Positions 49,521 to 62,900 of a stretch of 64,000 bases of DNA are shown one piece after another; the first letter of the stretch is position 1, and each line of letters starts with the position of its first letter. The stretch covers positions 128,898,001-128,962,000 of the forward strand of contig OY740783.1 in NCBI GenBank assembly GCA_963514005.1. Reading direction: 5' to 3'. A program made the position numbers and the translations under genes. Source of the stretch: Raja brachyura (Eukaryota). Below the pieces are notes generated by a model. The model made no database searches. It saw only the letters and a list, made by a program, of their open reading frames with translations, and had not been told where the DNA came from.

Positions 49521-51399
49521 ATTCGGCCCTTCGAGCCAGCAATGCCATTCAATGTGATCATGGCTAATCATCCCCGATCATGGCTGATACCCCGTTCCTG
49601 CCTTCTCCCCATATCCCCTGTCTCCCACTTTTTAAGAGCCCTATCTAGCTCTCTCTTGAAAGCACCAAGAGAACCCGCCACCACCACCCTCTGAGGCAGA
49701 GAATTCCGCAGACTCACCACTGCCTGTGAGAAAAAGTGTTTCCTCGTCTCCGTTCTAAATCGCTTACTCGTTATTCTTAAAGTGTGGCCCCTGGTTCCTG
49801 GTTTCCGCGCTGTACCTCTAAACTAAACTAAACGAAAAATAAACTAGGAGCCACGGAGAATGTGGCAATGTCTGAATAAGATAACAGGCTGCAAAGCACA
49901 GTCGGGCAACGTCATTAGTCACAGTGCGACCCTACCCGATGAACTGAATGCTTGCTCTGCTCGCTTGGAGCAGAAGGCTAACAGGGCGAAGTCACCTGGA
50001 CTTCAGACTCCAATGTGCTTCTCCTCGGCCTGACTGTAGCAGAGGTTCGATCGGCCTTCCTGTGGGTAAACCCACGAAAAAGGACTGGCACCGTCGAAGT
50101 TCTTCGCCGCCCCTGCAAAGCTGGGTGAACCACATAACGGGAGGATTCGGTGTAATCGTGGACATCGTTAATCACTCCCGCCTTGTTCTGATGTACCCAC
50201 CTGCTTCAAGAATATCACCATCATCCCGGCACCAAAGAAAAACAAGACCCCGTGCCTAAACGACCACGGCCCAGTGGCCTTGATATCCACCATCATGAAA
50301 TGTTTGGAGAGGATAGTCATGGAATGTATTTATTCTAGTCGACCCAGCGGCCTTGACCCACTGCAGTTCGCCTACCGCCACAACACGTCCACGGACGATG
50401 CCCTCGCCCTAGCCTTACACTCCTGCCTACAACACCTGGATAACAAAGACACCTAGGTCAGACCTATTCAACGACTACAGCTCTGCCTTTAATATCATTA
50501 TAGCTCTCCAACCTTATCGCCAAACTTGCGGAACTGGGGGTCAGCGCTCATCTTTGCAAATGGGTCCTCGACTTCCTTACCAACAGACCCCATTCCGTAA
50601 GGCCAATATGTCAACCACTGGGACATAAGCACAGGGCTCCCTCCGCTGCCCGCAATCCGAATGTTCCCCAATAGGAAACCATGGATGAACCGCGAGCTAC
50701 ATTCACAGGTTAAGGCCAGGCCTGTTGCACACAAGTCAAACGACCTCGAGCGGTTGAAGAAGCCCTGCAAGATCGCCGCAATGCCATCCGCAAAAACAAC
50801 AAGGAAGCAAAGAGACAAAACCGGGGCAAACCCGAGTCCTAGTGCAATCACCTAGTGGGCGGTCACGGTGGCACAGCGGTAGAGTTGCTGCCTTGCAGCG
50901 AATGCAGCGCCGGATACCTGGTTCGATCCGGACAACGGCTGGCGTCTGTGCGGAATTTGTACGTTCTCCCTGTGACCTGCGTGGGTTTTCTCAGGGATCT
51001 TTGGCTTCCTCCCACATTCCAAAGAAGTTTGTAGTTTATCTGGCTTGGGAAATCTAGAAATTGTCCCTAGTGGGTATAGTGTTAATGTGCGGGGATCGCT
51101 GGTCGGCACGGGCCCACTATAATCCTCAACACGGGGGCTCCACAAAGAAAGCGTTCTCAGCCCCATTCATCATTCCATGTACACTCTTGTTAGCCATGTA
51201 CTAATCTAATTCCATTTTCAAATTTGAAGACGGCACCACCAGTGTGGGCCGGATATCATATAATGATGAGATGGAGTACAGTTGGAAGATTAATAACCTC
51301 GTGTCCTGGTGTCCAGACAACAGACAACTCTTAATGTCTGCAATACAAAAGAAATCGCGATCGACTTCAGGAAGTGGAGCGTTATACAGACTCCAATTT

Positions 51400-52227
51400 G
51401 GGGCGATATACAAATTCAACTAAGGGGCGCCGCCCTGTATGGTATGGCTGCCCAGCCTGCAGCTGTTCGTTTTTTCACTCTTTTTTTATTTTTAGTGAGT
51501 TTTCATGTTTTGTTTTTGGATTTCTAGTCTTTTTCATGTGGGGGGTGGGGGAGAGAGGGGAAAACTTATTTTCAGGGTCCCTACCTGGTCGGAGAGGCAG
51601 CTTTTCTCCGGGCCGTCCTGGAGCGGCGTTTCCTGAGGGGACCACCCAGAACCTCGGCTTCGGCGGCGGCACAGCGCTGGAGTACTATCGCGGAGCGGGC
51701 GGTGCCTTGCCCGGATCACCGCACTGAAACTCCGGTATGCTGGGACCGCCGATGAAATATCGCGGAGCTGCGAGACTCTGGAACGGCCAGCTGCGGGCGG
51801 CGGCGCTGAACTTTAACATTGGAAGCCTGGGATCTCTCGCCGAGTGGTGGAGCTCCATCCAGTGCAGGCTTGTTGGCTTCGGAAGCCGCGGTCTCCAGTA
51901 AGGAAGCGGCCGTTCTAGGTGCCCCAAGCCGCTGTGAGGATTCTCCCGATGCCGGAGCACCATCACCCGGCAAGAACGGCCTGGAACATCTGGCCTCCGT
52001 AGAGGCGACTCCGGATGCCTCAATAAGCCCGACTATGGGTGGACATGGGATGGGGACTGGACTTTGTGCCTTCCCTCATAATGGGAACCATTGTGGGGGG
52101 ATGTTTTTTTATGTTTAAATCCATTTATTATTGTTATGTCTGTTTTTTTTTAATGTGCTGCATTGGCAAAAAGCATTTCACTACATCAATTGGTGTATGT
52201 GACCAATAAATAACCTTTGAACCTTTA
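51400..52227 (+). mobile_element. GC-rich non-autonomous retroposon inserted in a Rex element
   Basis: Absent at paralogous ~20460; ends gcatttcact...gtgaccaataaa...(aaccttt)n. Confidence 0.6.
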
Positions 52228-55200
52228 GCCTTGATGGTGCCAAAGGAAAGGTGGTTGAAAATTGTGAAATTTGAAATGAGTCAATATCCCCAGCAACTTC
52301 TGATGGATCACACACATTGAAGCAATGACCAAGAAAGCACACTAGCGCCTCTACTTCCTTAGAAGGCTTAGGAAGTTCGGCATGTCCCCTACAACTCCCA
52401 CTAACTTGTACAGATGCGCTTTGGAAAGCATTTGACCATGTTGCGTCACAGCTTGGTTTGGGAAACAGCTCCATCCGAAACCGCAGGAAATTGCAGGGAA
52501 TTGTGGACGCAACCCAGACTATCACACAAACCAACTTCCCTTCTATTGACTCTATTTATACCTCACGCTGCCTCGGCATAATCAAGGACGAGTCGCACCC
52601 TTGCCACCCTCTTCTCCCCTCGCCCATCAGGCAAAAGGTAGAGAAGTGTGAAAAAGCTCAACACCAGATTCAGAGACAGTTTCTTCCCAGTTTTTATCAG
52701 GCAACTGAATTATCCAACCACAACCAGAGAGAAATACTGTATTACCATCTACCTTTTTGATTACCCTAAGGATTTCCTTGAACTGACTTTGTTGGCTTTC
52801 CCTTGCATTAAACGTTATTCCCTTATCATGATACTATCCTCTGCAAATGGTTCTATTGTAATTATGTATTGTCTTTCTGCTGACTGGTTAGCATGCAACA
52901 TGTTTTTTTCATTGTTCCTCGGTACACGTGACAAAAAAGTAAACAAAACTAAATTGAACTAAACTAAATTAAACTCACATATCAATGCAAGCCACTAGGA
53001 ACAGCATCCACTTATTCCCCTGTGTGGCCTGTCCGTCTCAACTGTCTTGCTTTGTGAGGAAGTGTGTATTTTCTGGATTCTTCAATACCGACACTCATTG
53101 CAGTGCTTCCATGTAGCCAAGGTAGGATTCCCACGGAGGCCAAATTTGCTACTCTGCCTTTCATTCCTAAACTAACTTTGCTCTCTGCTCTGCCTCCTTC
53201 TTCCTTTGAGTGATGAATGTCAGTGTTGCAGTTTGGTGTTTGAACATTTTGCAGCAAATTGAGAGAGCAACATCTGCATTTCAGTGTCAAGAAAAGAAAA
53301 TTGCGTGAGACCACCAATTGAGCTGTTGGTGAGGAAGTGACTGTGGGGTTGTCTTTGCAGAGTTCTGCTGTCGCTCTCACTGCAGCTTGACACCGTTTGA
53401 TTCATTCTTTAGATTCACTTCCTCACATAAACTGTAAAGTCCAGAAACAATGTTCACAGCCTCCGGGTGAATTCAAACAAACAGAGATGACGGGTACCCG
53501 GGAATGAGATACAGCCGGTATTGGACAGAATGGGATTAATGTGGGCTCAGTGTGAATGGTTGGCTGATGGCTGGTGAGGAAACAGGGTTCAACCAAAAAT
53601 GGCTAGCTCCAAACAAAAGTTGTACAATATCAGTTCCCGTTGTCCCAATGGGACATGGAGCAGAGGGGTCACATGTGGATGGTGTTACCGTGCAACACAG
53701 GGAAATAAAAAAGCAGAACGCACTCTATCCATAAAGAGGGTCATTCCATACAACACGCATCCTCCACATAACATCTGTTAATGCAAACAGTACTGTTGCA
53801 TGCACCGCTGGAGTTGCACCATTTGAACACATCTACACATCTGGAAGCTTGAAATTGTGCAAAATCCAATCTTCAACGTCAGCCGTCTTCCTTTATGCTG
53901 GACTTGGACTTGTGCGTCCATGGGGATTGTTCTTGAGGGGTATTAAGTTCAGTCAAACCTGTTTGCCTGATCTATGTTAGTAAATCTGACTCCTCAAAAA
54001 GCTTTTTATTCTTCCCCGTGCTATGATGAAAGGCTTACTCGCCACATTCAACGTTCTCCCATTATCAGTCACATCTGCCCATTCCCATCCACTTCCGCTT
54101 TCAGTAGAGACCACACTCTCCGCAAACCTTTGGTCCGTCCAACTCCTGAAGGGCTGTAACATAAAGCCCCACTTGTAGAATTGAAAGTGCTGACCGATGC
54201 CAGCAAGTGTGCCATACGCCTTCTTCGTTACAGTAGGTAACTGTCACCTAAAGGGCACAATGTCATTGTACATCTGGATCTCTCCAGATGAGGATGTTTC
54301 CACTAGTGGGAGAGTTTTGGACCAGAGGTCATGGCCTCTAAATAACAGAACGTGCCTTTAGAAATTAGACGAGAAGGGATTTATTTAGTCAGAGGTATGT
54401 GAATCAGTGGTATTCATTGCTATCGAAATCTATGGAAGCCATCAATTGATATTTATAAGACAGATATTGATAATTTATCAGTACGGGTGACAGGATTATG
54501 TGCTAAAGGCGACAGAATTTGTTTGAGAGGGGATATAGATCAATGGATGTCAATGGATGAGGTGGTGCGGGTGGGGAATGGGGAGATATTGTCCCTACCT
54601 AAGTGTACTGCAGAAGTTGGTGGTGAGGCGCATTCTTGACCCACCCAGCCCTTAATCCTATCAGCATACCACACACCTTAGTCGCCACACTGACTACTCG
54701 TGTCCCAATTTCTGCAAAATGTTAACTTGGGTGCCCTTGGGCTCTTTGTGTTACAGCACTCACCAGGGTCCCTTCGTTCACAGTGTAAGTCATACCCTGG
54801 TATTACTTTTTAAAATGCCTGGCCTTGTATTCCTTAGCACATTTTCCCAGTTGATCTAGATGTTCATTAATTTTCTCTGCCAGTGCTATTGCATGTAAAA
54901 ACTCTCTGACGTTCTTTATATTCCTCGAGGGTCAATAGGATTATGGCGATGGATACTTGTTGGCATAGTGTACACATGTCGGGTTAGAAGGCCTGTTCCT
55001 GCACTACATCGCTCCATGGCGATAATGCTGGGGACACAAACATGCCGATCTGGAATCTTGTGCGAAAACCAAATTTCTGGAAAAAGATTAGCGGTTCAGG
55101 CAACGCCTGTGGAGGAGAATTGGCAGACAACGCATCGGGTCGAGACCTCTTTATTCAGATGTCGTCTGTCAATGTCCCTTCACGGATACACCTTAACCCT

Positions 55201-55252
55201 CTTAGTTCTTCCATTACTTTGGTTTTGGCTCAGGATCCTAACCCTGCTCAGT

Positions 55253-58200
55253 ATAGAAACATAGAAACATAGAAAATAGGCGCAGGAGGAGGTCATTCGG
55301 CCCTTCATGCCAGCACCGCCATTCATTGTGATCATGGTTGCTCGTCCCCTGTCAATAACCCGTGCCTGCCTTTTCCCCATATCCCTTGACTCCACTAGCC
55401 TCTCGAGCTCTATCTAACTCTCTCTTAAATCCATCCAGTGACTTGGTCTCCACTGCCCTCTGTGGCAGGGAATTCCATAAATTCACAACACTCTGGGTGA
55501 AAAAGGTTTTTCTCACCTCAGTTTTAAATGACCTCCCATTTATTCTCAGACTGTGGCCCCTGGTTCTGGACTCGCCCAAAAATGGGAACATTTTTCCTGC
55601 ATCCAGCTTCTCCAGTTCTTTTATAATTTTATATGTTTCTATAAGATTCCCCCTCATCCTTCTAAACTCCAGTGAATACAAGCCTATTCTTTTCAATCTT
55701 TCCTCATATGACAGTCCCGCCATCCCAGGGATCAATCTCGTGAACCTACGTTGCACTGCCTCAATCACAAGGATGTCCTTCCTCAAATTAGTAGACCAAA
55801 ATTGTACACAATACTCCAGATGTGGTTTCACCAGAGCCCTATACAACTGCAGAAGAACCTCTTTACTCCTATACCGAAATCCTCTTGTTATCAAGGCCAA
55901 CATTCCATTAGCTGTCTTCACTTCCTGCTGTACCTTTTAAGCCAACTTTCAGTGACCGATGTACATGGACGCCCAAGTCTCGTGCACCCCTCCCCCCCCC
56001 CCCCCCCCCTTCTAACCTAACCCCATTGAGATAACCTCACATTTATGTATATTATACTGCATCTGCCACGCATCTGCCCACTCACTCAACGTGTCCAGGT
56101 CACCCTGCATCTTCCTTACATCCTCTTCACAGTTCACACTGCCACCCAGTTTTGTGTCACTGCTAACTTGCTAGTGTTGCTCCTAATTCCCTCTTCCAAA
56201 TCATTGATATATATGGTACGCAGTTGCGGCCCCAACACCGAAACTTACGGCACTCCACTCGCCACTGCCTGCAATTCTGAAAAGGACCCGTTCACTCCTA
56301 CATTTTGCTTCTGGTCTGCCAACCAATTTTATATCCATGTCAACACCCTACCCCCAATACCATGTGCTCTAATTTTAGTCACCAGTCTCCCATGCGGGAC
56401 CTTGTCAAAGGCTTTCTGAAAGTCTAGATACACTACATCCACTGGCACTCCTTCATCCATTTTACTTGTCACATCTTCAAAAAATTCCAGAAGATTAGTC
56501 AAGCATGATTTCCCTTTCATAAATCCATGCTGACTTGGACTAATCCTTTTACTGCTATCTAAATTCCCCATTATTACTTCTTTAATAATTGACTCCAGCA
56601 TCTTTCCCACCACTGAAGTCAGGCTAACTGGTCTGTAATTCCCCGTTTTCTCTCTCGCTCCTTTCTTGATAAGTGGGATAACATAAGCTATCCCCCAATC
56701 CACAGGAACTGATCCTGAATCTATTGAACATTAGAATTTGATCACCAATGCGTCCACTATTTCTAGAGCCACCTCCCTGAAGTCCTTGGAATGCAGACCA
56801 TTAGGTCAAGGGGATTTACCATCCTTCAGTCCCATTAGTCTACCCAATACTATTTCTCACCTAATGAAAATGTATTTCAGTTCCTCTACCCCCTTAGATC
56901 CTTTGTCCTCCAGTACTTCTGGGAAATTGTTTGTGTCTTCCTCAGTGAAGACAGATCCAATACCTATTCAACTCTTCTGTATTTCCTTGTTGCCCATAAT
57001 AACGTCACCCGTGTCTGCCTTCCTTGATTTGTCACATTTGTCTTTGCTTCTCTTTTTCTCTTAACATATCTAAAGAAGCCTTTGCTGTCCTTTATATTCC
57101 TGACCAGCTTCCCTTCGTACTTCATCTTTTCAGCCCGTATTGCCCGTTTTGTTTCATTCTGTTGTCCTATGAAAGTTTCCCAATCCTATGGCTTCCGGCT
57201 ACTCTTTACTGTGTTATATAACTTTTCTTTTAGTTTTATTCTATCCCTAACTTCTCTTGTCAGCCACGGTTGCTTCCTACTCCCTTTCAATCTTTCTTCC
57301 TTTTTGGAATGAAATAATTAATCTTCTTCCAGATTATGCCCAGAAGTTCCTGCCATTGCCGTTCCACCGTCGTCCCTGCTAGGATCCGTTTCCAGTCTAT
57401 CTTGGCCAGCTCCCCTCTCATGCCTTCATAGTCCCCCTTGTTCAACTGAATCACTGACACTTCCGATTTCACGTTCTCCTTCTCAAATTGCAGATTAAAA
57501 CTAATCATATTATGATCACTACCTCCAAGCGGTTCCTTTACCTCAAGTTCTCTTTATCACATTCATTGGACCACACTAAATCCAGAATTGCCTTTTTTCT
57601 GGTCAGCTGCTCTCAGAATCCATCTCGGAGGCATTCTACAAACTCTCTTTCTTGGGGTCCTGAACCAACCTGATTTTCCCAGTCTACCTGCATATTGAAA
57701 TCCCCCACCATCACAGTGGCATTACCTTTGTTACATGCCAGTTTTAACTCCTGCTGCAACTTACACCTTACATATGGGCTACTATTTGGGGGTACCAATT
57801 AATGTCTTCTTGCCTTTACAATTCCTGAACTCAATTCACAGTCATTGTACCTCGTCAGTCCCTGTGTCTTCCCTCGCCACGGACTGAATTCCATCCCTCA
57901 CCAGCAGACCCCCCCCCCCCCCCCTCTGCCCACCTGCCTGTCCTTTTTAAAGGATGTATAACCCTGAATGTTAAGGTACCAGGCCAGATCCTCCTGCAGC
58001 CACGTCTCAGTAATCTCCGCAGTCATATCTACCAACCTCTAACCGAGCCTCAAGCTCATCTACTTTACTTCTTATACTTTGCGCATTCATATACAATACT
58101 TTTAATTCCTTACGCATCTCACCTTTCACATCGACCCCTTTTACACGTGGCCATACTCTCCTATCCCTTTGTGAGCTTCATTTCCCGTTAATTCTGGGGG

Positions 58201-58578
58201 TCATTAACCATCCCTTTATCCTCTTTCCATTTAACTCTGTCCTCGACTATCCCATTTGACACCCTACCCATCCGTGTAGCAGTGGCAAACCTGCCTGCCA
58301 GAATGCTGGCCCCCCACCTGTTAAGATGCAATCCGTCCCTTTTGTACAGTCCCCCCTTACTCCAAAACGGACCCCAGTGATCTGAGAAACGAAATCCCTG
58401 CCCCCTGCACCAGTTCCTCAGCCATACATTCAAGTCCCGTATCTCCCTGTTCCTGCTCTAGCCAGCACGAGGAACTGGAAGCAAACCGGAGATAACAACC
58501 CTGGAGATCCTGCTTTTCAGCATTTTTCCGACCTCTAAAGTCCCGCTGCAGAATATTCATCCCCTTCTTTCCGACATG
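55253..58578 (-). mobile_element. CR1 LINE (3.3 kb, truncated in ORF1), inserted ~160 bp upstream of the copy 3 ATG
   Basis: (atagaaac)n tail at 55253; RT ORFs 55352-55921 and 56329-56703; EN VGDFN; ORF1 esterase RDGLHLN; empty site at ~24370. Confidence 0.93.
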
Positions 58579-58640
58579 ACTAATGACTAATTATCATGTA
58601 CGTATAGCAGTGTGAAATGACTAATTATCAGTAAGTATAA

Positions 58641-58666
58641 CAGTTCCTCAAATAATTGCCGGATAT
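58641..58666. promoter_or_regulatory. Candidate proximal promoter with ETS boxes (paralog 24397-24422)
   Basis: cagttcctca (GAGGAACT on the minus strand) and ccgga(a/t)at, 70-110 bp upstream of the leader ATG in both copies. Confidence 0.35.
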
Positions 58667-58736
58667 TGAGAAATATTTGGAGCATGTTCCGCATTTCAGC
58701 GTCAAGAAGCTCACAGCAGTGGGTGCGGTGTTGGCG

Positions 58737-58797
58737 ATGTGCTCTCTCCGGGTTTGTCTCTGCACCGTCCTGCTCTCCGTCTCAGTCCATGGTTACA
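58737..58797 (+). CDS. Copy 3 leader exon, signal peptide MCSLRVCLCTVLLSVSVHGY
   Basis: gcgATG context, hydrophobic core, small residues near the predicted cleavage site, phase-1 donor a|gtaggt in frame with the exon at 59339. Confidence 0.75.
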
Positions 58798-59338
58798 GTA
58801 GGTGTTTTTGCTTACCTTGTTATCTCCTCCTTGTCTCGTCATACCTCCCCATGTACAGGTTCGCACTCTGTCCGCGCTCCAGCAGTTTGGACTTTGGATG
58901 AGGCCTGGCAATTGAAGAGGTGGGGCGGGTGGGGACTGAGGTGACATTGTCCATCCTAAGTGTCCTTCCGAAGGTGGTGGTGAGGCGCCTTCTTGACCCA
59001 CCGATCTGTCGACGACTAAGTTGGAGGAAAATGGACAAACATTTAACCCTCCCCAAAATGTAAGTAAATCAGCAACATTATAAAAACCAACAGACCCGCG
59101 AAACACACGTGATTACACACCCATGAACAGTTGATTATATCCCAGCCTGTAACCCACTCCCCTCGTTGATGATTCTGTCCCACAGACATCTGAGGACATC
59201 GCTTGTGGCAACCACCCGGGGACAGTTTAGATTTGGAACTCCACACCTGTACTCGCTGCAATATTAAACCTCTCTCCCTCCCTCCTCCCCCCCCCCCCCC
59301 CCCTCTCTCTCTCTCTCTCGCTCTCCCTCCCTCCCCAG

Positions 59339-59722
59339 ATGTTTCCAACAGTAATTGGTCAATATCCGGTGCTGATGACGTGTTTGCCGTGGAAGGGGGA
59401 TTCGCTGTGTTGCCGTGTACGTTCACCCACCCAGGCATTGATCACAACCTCACCGGCTCCGTGCTGTGGTACAATAAGTCACCATTTAATCCCCGTTTTT
59501 TGTTTAACTGCACGTATGCCGCTCCCGGCCGGTCCCGATGCGATGAAGTGGCACAGGAGGCCGGAGGGAGTCGTTTCAGATTCGTGGGGAACCTCAGAGA
59601 GGGAGATGCCTCTATAATGGTGGAGCGACTGAGATGGGAGGACTGGGATATCTACCGGTGCCGCCTGGAGCTCAGTGGTGGGAGATTTGAATCTGTGATT
59701 CCAACGCAGCTGACTGTGGAAG
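59339..59722 (+). CDS. Copy 3 V-set exon A, intact; sialic-acid-binding Ig-like lectin 15-like domain
   Basis: Long polypyrimidine tract + cag| ... g|gtgaga; 384 nt, phase 1-1. VSNSNWSISGADDVFAVEGGFAVLPCTFTHP...LWY...FNCTYAAPGRSRC...RFRFVGNLREGDASIMVERLRWEDWDIYRCRLE...TQLTVE. It matches Siglec-15 motifs recalled from memory (AVLPCTFTHP, extra Cys pair, RFRLLGNP, YFCRVE). Confidence 0.88.
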
Positions 59723-59901
59723 GTGAGAACAATGTTCAGAGACTGTCTCTGCCAGCGTGTTCCCACGGTGCAATGCTGATCATTACACGTGGATGCTTCA
59801 ATTCAATGATTCAATTATACTGTATTCTCACACGTACCTATGTACAGTGAAATACTTTATTTTGCAGTCAACCCGGAAAATCATGTAGCAGAACTCACCT
59901 T

Positions 59902-62900
59902 GGCCCTTCGAGCCAGCACCGCCATTCAATGTGATCACGGCTGATCAACCCCAATCAGTACCCCATTCCTGACTTCGTCCCATATCCCCTGACTCCGCTA
60001 TCAAGCTCTCTCTTGAAAGTATCCAGAGAACCGGCCTCCACCGCCATCTGAGGCAGAGAATTCCACAGACTCACAACTCTCTATGTGAAAAAGTGTTTCC
60101 TCAACTCCGTTCTAAATGGCTTTCCCCTTATTCTTAAACTGTGGTCCCTGGTTCTGGACTCCCTCAACATCGGGAACATGTTTCCTGCCTCTAGCATGTC
60201 CAATACCCTTAATAATCTTATATGTTACAACAAGATCCCCTCTAATCCTTCTAAATGACAGAGTGTACAAGCCCAGCCGCTCCATTCTCTGAGCATATGA
60301 CAGTCCCGCAATCCCGGGAATTAACCCTGTAAACCTACGCTGCACTCCCTCAACAGTAAGAATGTCCTTCTTCAAATTAGGGGACCAAACCTGCACACAA
60401 TATTCCAGGTGTGGTCTCACTAGGTCCCCGTAAAACTGCAGAAGGACCTATTTGCTCCTACAATCAACTCCTCTTGTTTTAAAGACCAACATGCCATTCG
60501 TTTTCTACACTGCCTGCTGTACCTGCATGCTTACTTTCATTGACTGATGAACAAGGACCCCCAGATCCCGATGTACTTCCCCTTTCCCAACTTGACACCA
60601 TTTGGATAATGTTACTTTGCATCCCTTCATCTAAATCATTGAAGTATATTGCAAATACCTACGGTCCCAGCACCGAGCCTTGCGGTACCCCAATAGTCAC
60701 TGCCTGCCATTCTGAAAGGGACCAGTTAATACCTACTCTTTTGTTCCTGTCTGCCACCCAATTTTCTATCCAAGTCAGCACTCTATCCCCAATACCATGT
60801 GCCCTAATTGTGCCCACTAATCTCCTTTGTGGGACCTATTCAAATGCTTTCTGAAAGTCCAGCTACACAACATCCACTGGCACTCCGTTGTCCATTTTCT
60901 TGGTTACATCATCAAAAAGCTCCAGAATCAATCAATTTATTCATCACATACAGAATAAAGTGCAGAAGATTTGTCAATCATCATTTCCCCTTCGTAAAGC
61001 CATGCTGACTCGGACCTATCCTGTAAATGCTACACAAATGTGCGGCTATTTCACCTTTTATAATTGACTCCACCATCTTCCCCACCACCGATGTCAGGCT
61101 AACTGATCTATAATTCCCTGTTTTCTCTCTCCCGCTTCCGTAAAAATTGTGATAACATTAGACACCCTCCAATCCACAGGAACCGATGCTGAATCTATAG
61201 AACACTGGAAAATTATCACCAATGCATCCACGATTTCTTGGGCAATTTCCTTAAGTACCCTGGGACGCAGACCATCAGGCCCAGGGGATTTATCAGCGTT
61301 CACTCCCATCAATCTACCCAGCACCATTTCTTCCCTAATGTGGATTTCCTTCTGTCCCTCCGTCACCCCAGATCCCATGGTCACGAGTATATCAGGAAGA
61401 TTGTTTGTGTCCTCCTTAGTGAAGACGGATCCAAAGTACCTGTTCAACTAATCTGCCAATGAAATAAGACCAAAGAGAACAAGTTGTCCTACAACTTTAC
61501 GCTGTGCACGCCATACGCAAGACGAAGAATAACTCACCTGCCATTTCCTTGCTCCTCATAATAAATTCGCCTTTTTCAGTCTTCAGGGGGCCAACTTTGG
61601 CCTTAACTATTTTTTTCCTCTTCACATATCTCAATAAGCTTTTACTATCCTTCTTTGTATTGGCTGGCTTACCTTCCTGCTCACTTTTCTACGTTGGACA
61701 TCTTCTCTTTTATTTTTATACTGTCCTTGACTCCCCTTGGCAGCCACGGTCGCCTCTTATTCCCTTATTCCCTTGGAATGTTTCTTCCTCTTTTGAATGA
61801 ACTGATCCTGCACCTTCTGTATTATTCCCAGAAATCCATGTCATTGTTGTTCCACTGTCATCCCTGCTGGGTTATATTTCCAGTGAACTTTGGCCAGCTC
61901 CTCCCTCATGGCTCCATAGTTCCCTTTATTCAATTGTAACACTGACACCTCCGATTTACCCTTCTCCTTGTCCAATTGTACGTTAAACGACCGTATTATG
62001 GTCACTGCCTCCTAGTTGTTCCTTAACCTCAAGTTCCTTTATCAAATCTGGTTAATTACATAACAGTATATCCAGAATGGTCTTCTCCCTGGTAGGCTCC
62101 AGTACAAGCTGCACGAAGAATCCATCACAAAGACAATCCACAAACCCCCCTTTCTTGGGGTCCAGTGCCAATTTGATTTTCGCAGTCTACCTGCATGTTG
62201 AAATCTCCCATAACAACTGCAGCATTACCTTTACTACATGCAAATTTTAACTCCTGATTCAACTTGCACCCTATATCCACATTACTATTTGGGGGCCTGT
62301 AGATAAGTCCCATTAGGGTCTTTTTACCGTTACAATTCCTTACTTCTATCCATACTGACCCCACATCTCCTGTTTCAATGTCACCCATTTCAAGGGACTG
62401 AATTTCATTCCTCACCAACAGAGCTACCCCACCCCCTCTGCCCACCTGTCTGTCTTTTCGCTAGGAGGTATACCCTTGAATATTCAGTTCCCAGCCCTGG
62501 CCCTCTTGCAGCCATGTCTCTGTAATTCCCACAACATCATACTTTCCAATTTCTTACTGAGCGTCAAGCTCGTCCACTTTATATCTTATACTTCCCGCAT
62601 TCCTATACAACACTTTGACCTCCGTATTCACCCCCACCCCCACCCCCCCCCCCCCCCCCCCGCACGGCTCGAATTGGCCCTGACGTTACTCTCTTATCCC
62701 TTCTCGAACTTTCCTTCCCATTAATTCGAGAGTCTTTTGTAATTCTTCCTGTACTCACTTCCCCTTCAACACCATCTGTATGCTCACAATTTCTAAATCC
62801 CTTCCCCCACTATTTAGTTTAAACCCACACGTGTAGCCCTAGCAAACCTGCCTGCCAGAATGTCGGTCGCCCTCCAGCTAAGCTGTAACCCGTCCCATTT

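Noticed and set aside
59172-59230. Possible mini-exon after ttctgtcccacag between the leader and V-A (also ~34775)
   Set aside because: The phase-1 reading hits TGA immediately, and there is no convincing conserved donor.
5143-59722. V exons as rearranging Ig/TCR/NAR segments
   Set aside because: Each V exon includes its own G-strand region and ends in a splice donor. There is no heptamer-12/23-nonamer RSS. The ACAAAAACC matches at ~15146, ~40358 and ~43093 lie in SINE/MITE sequence without a correctly spaced CACAGTG.
59339-59722. Assigning the gene symbol SIGLEC15
   Set aside because: The similarity is motif-level and from memory. The multicopy V-V architecture and short tail differ, and orthology needs phylogeny and synteny.
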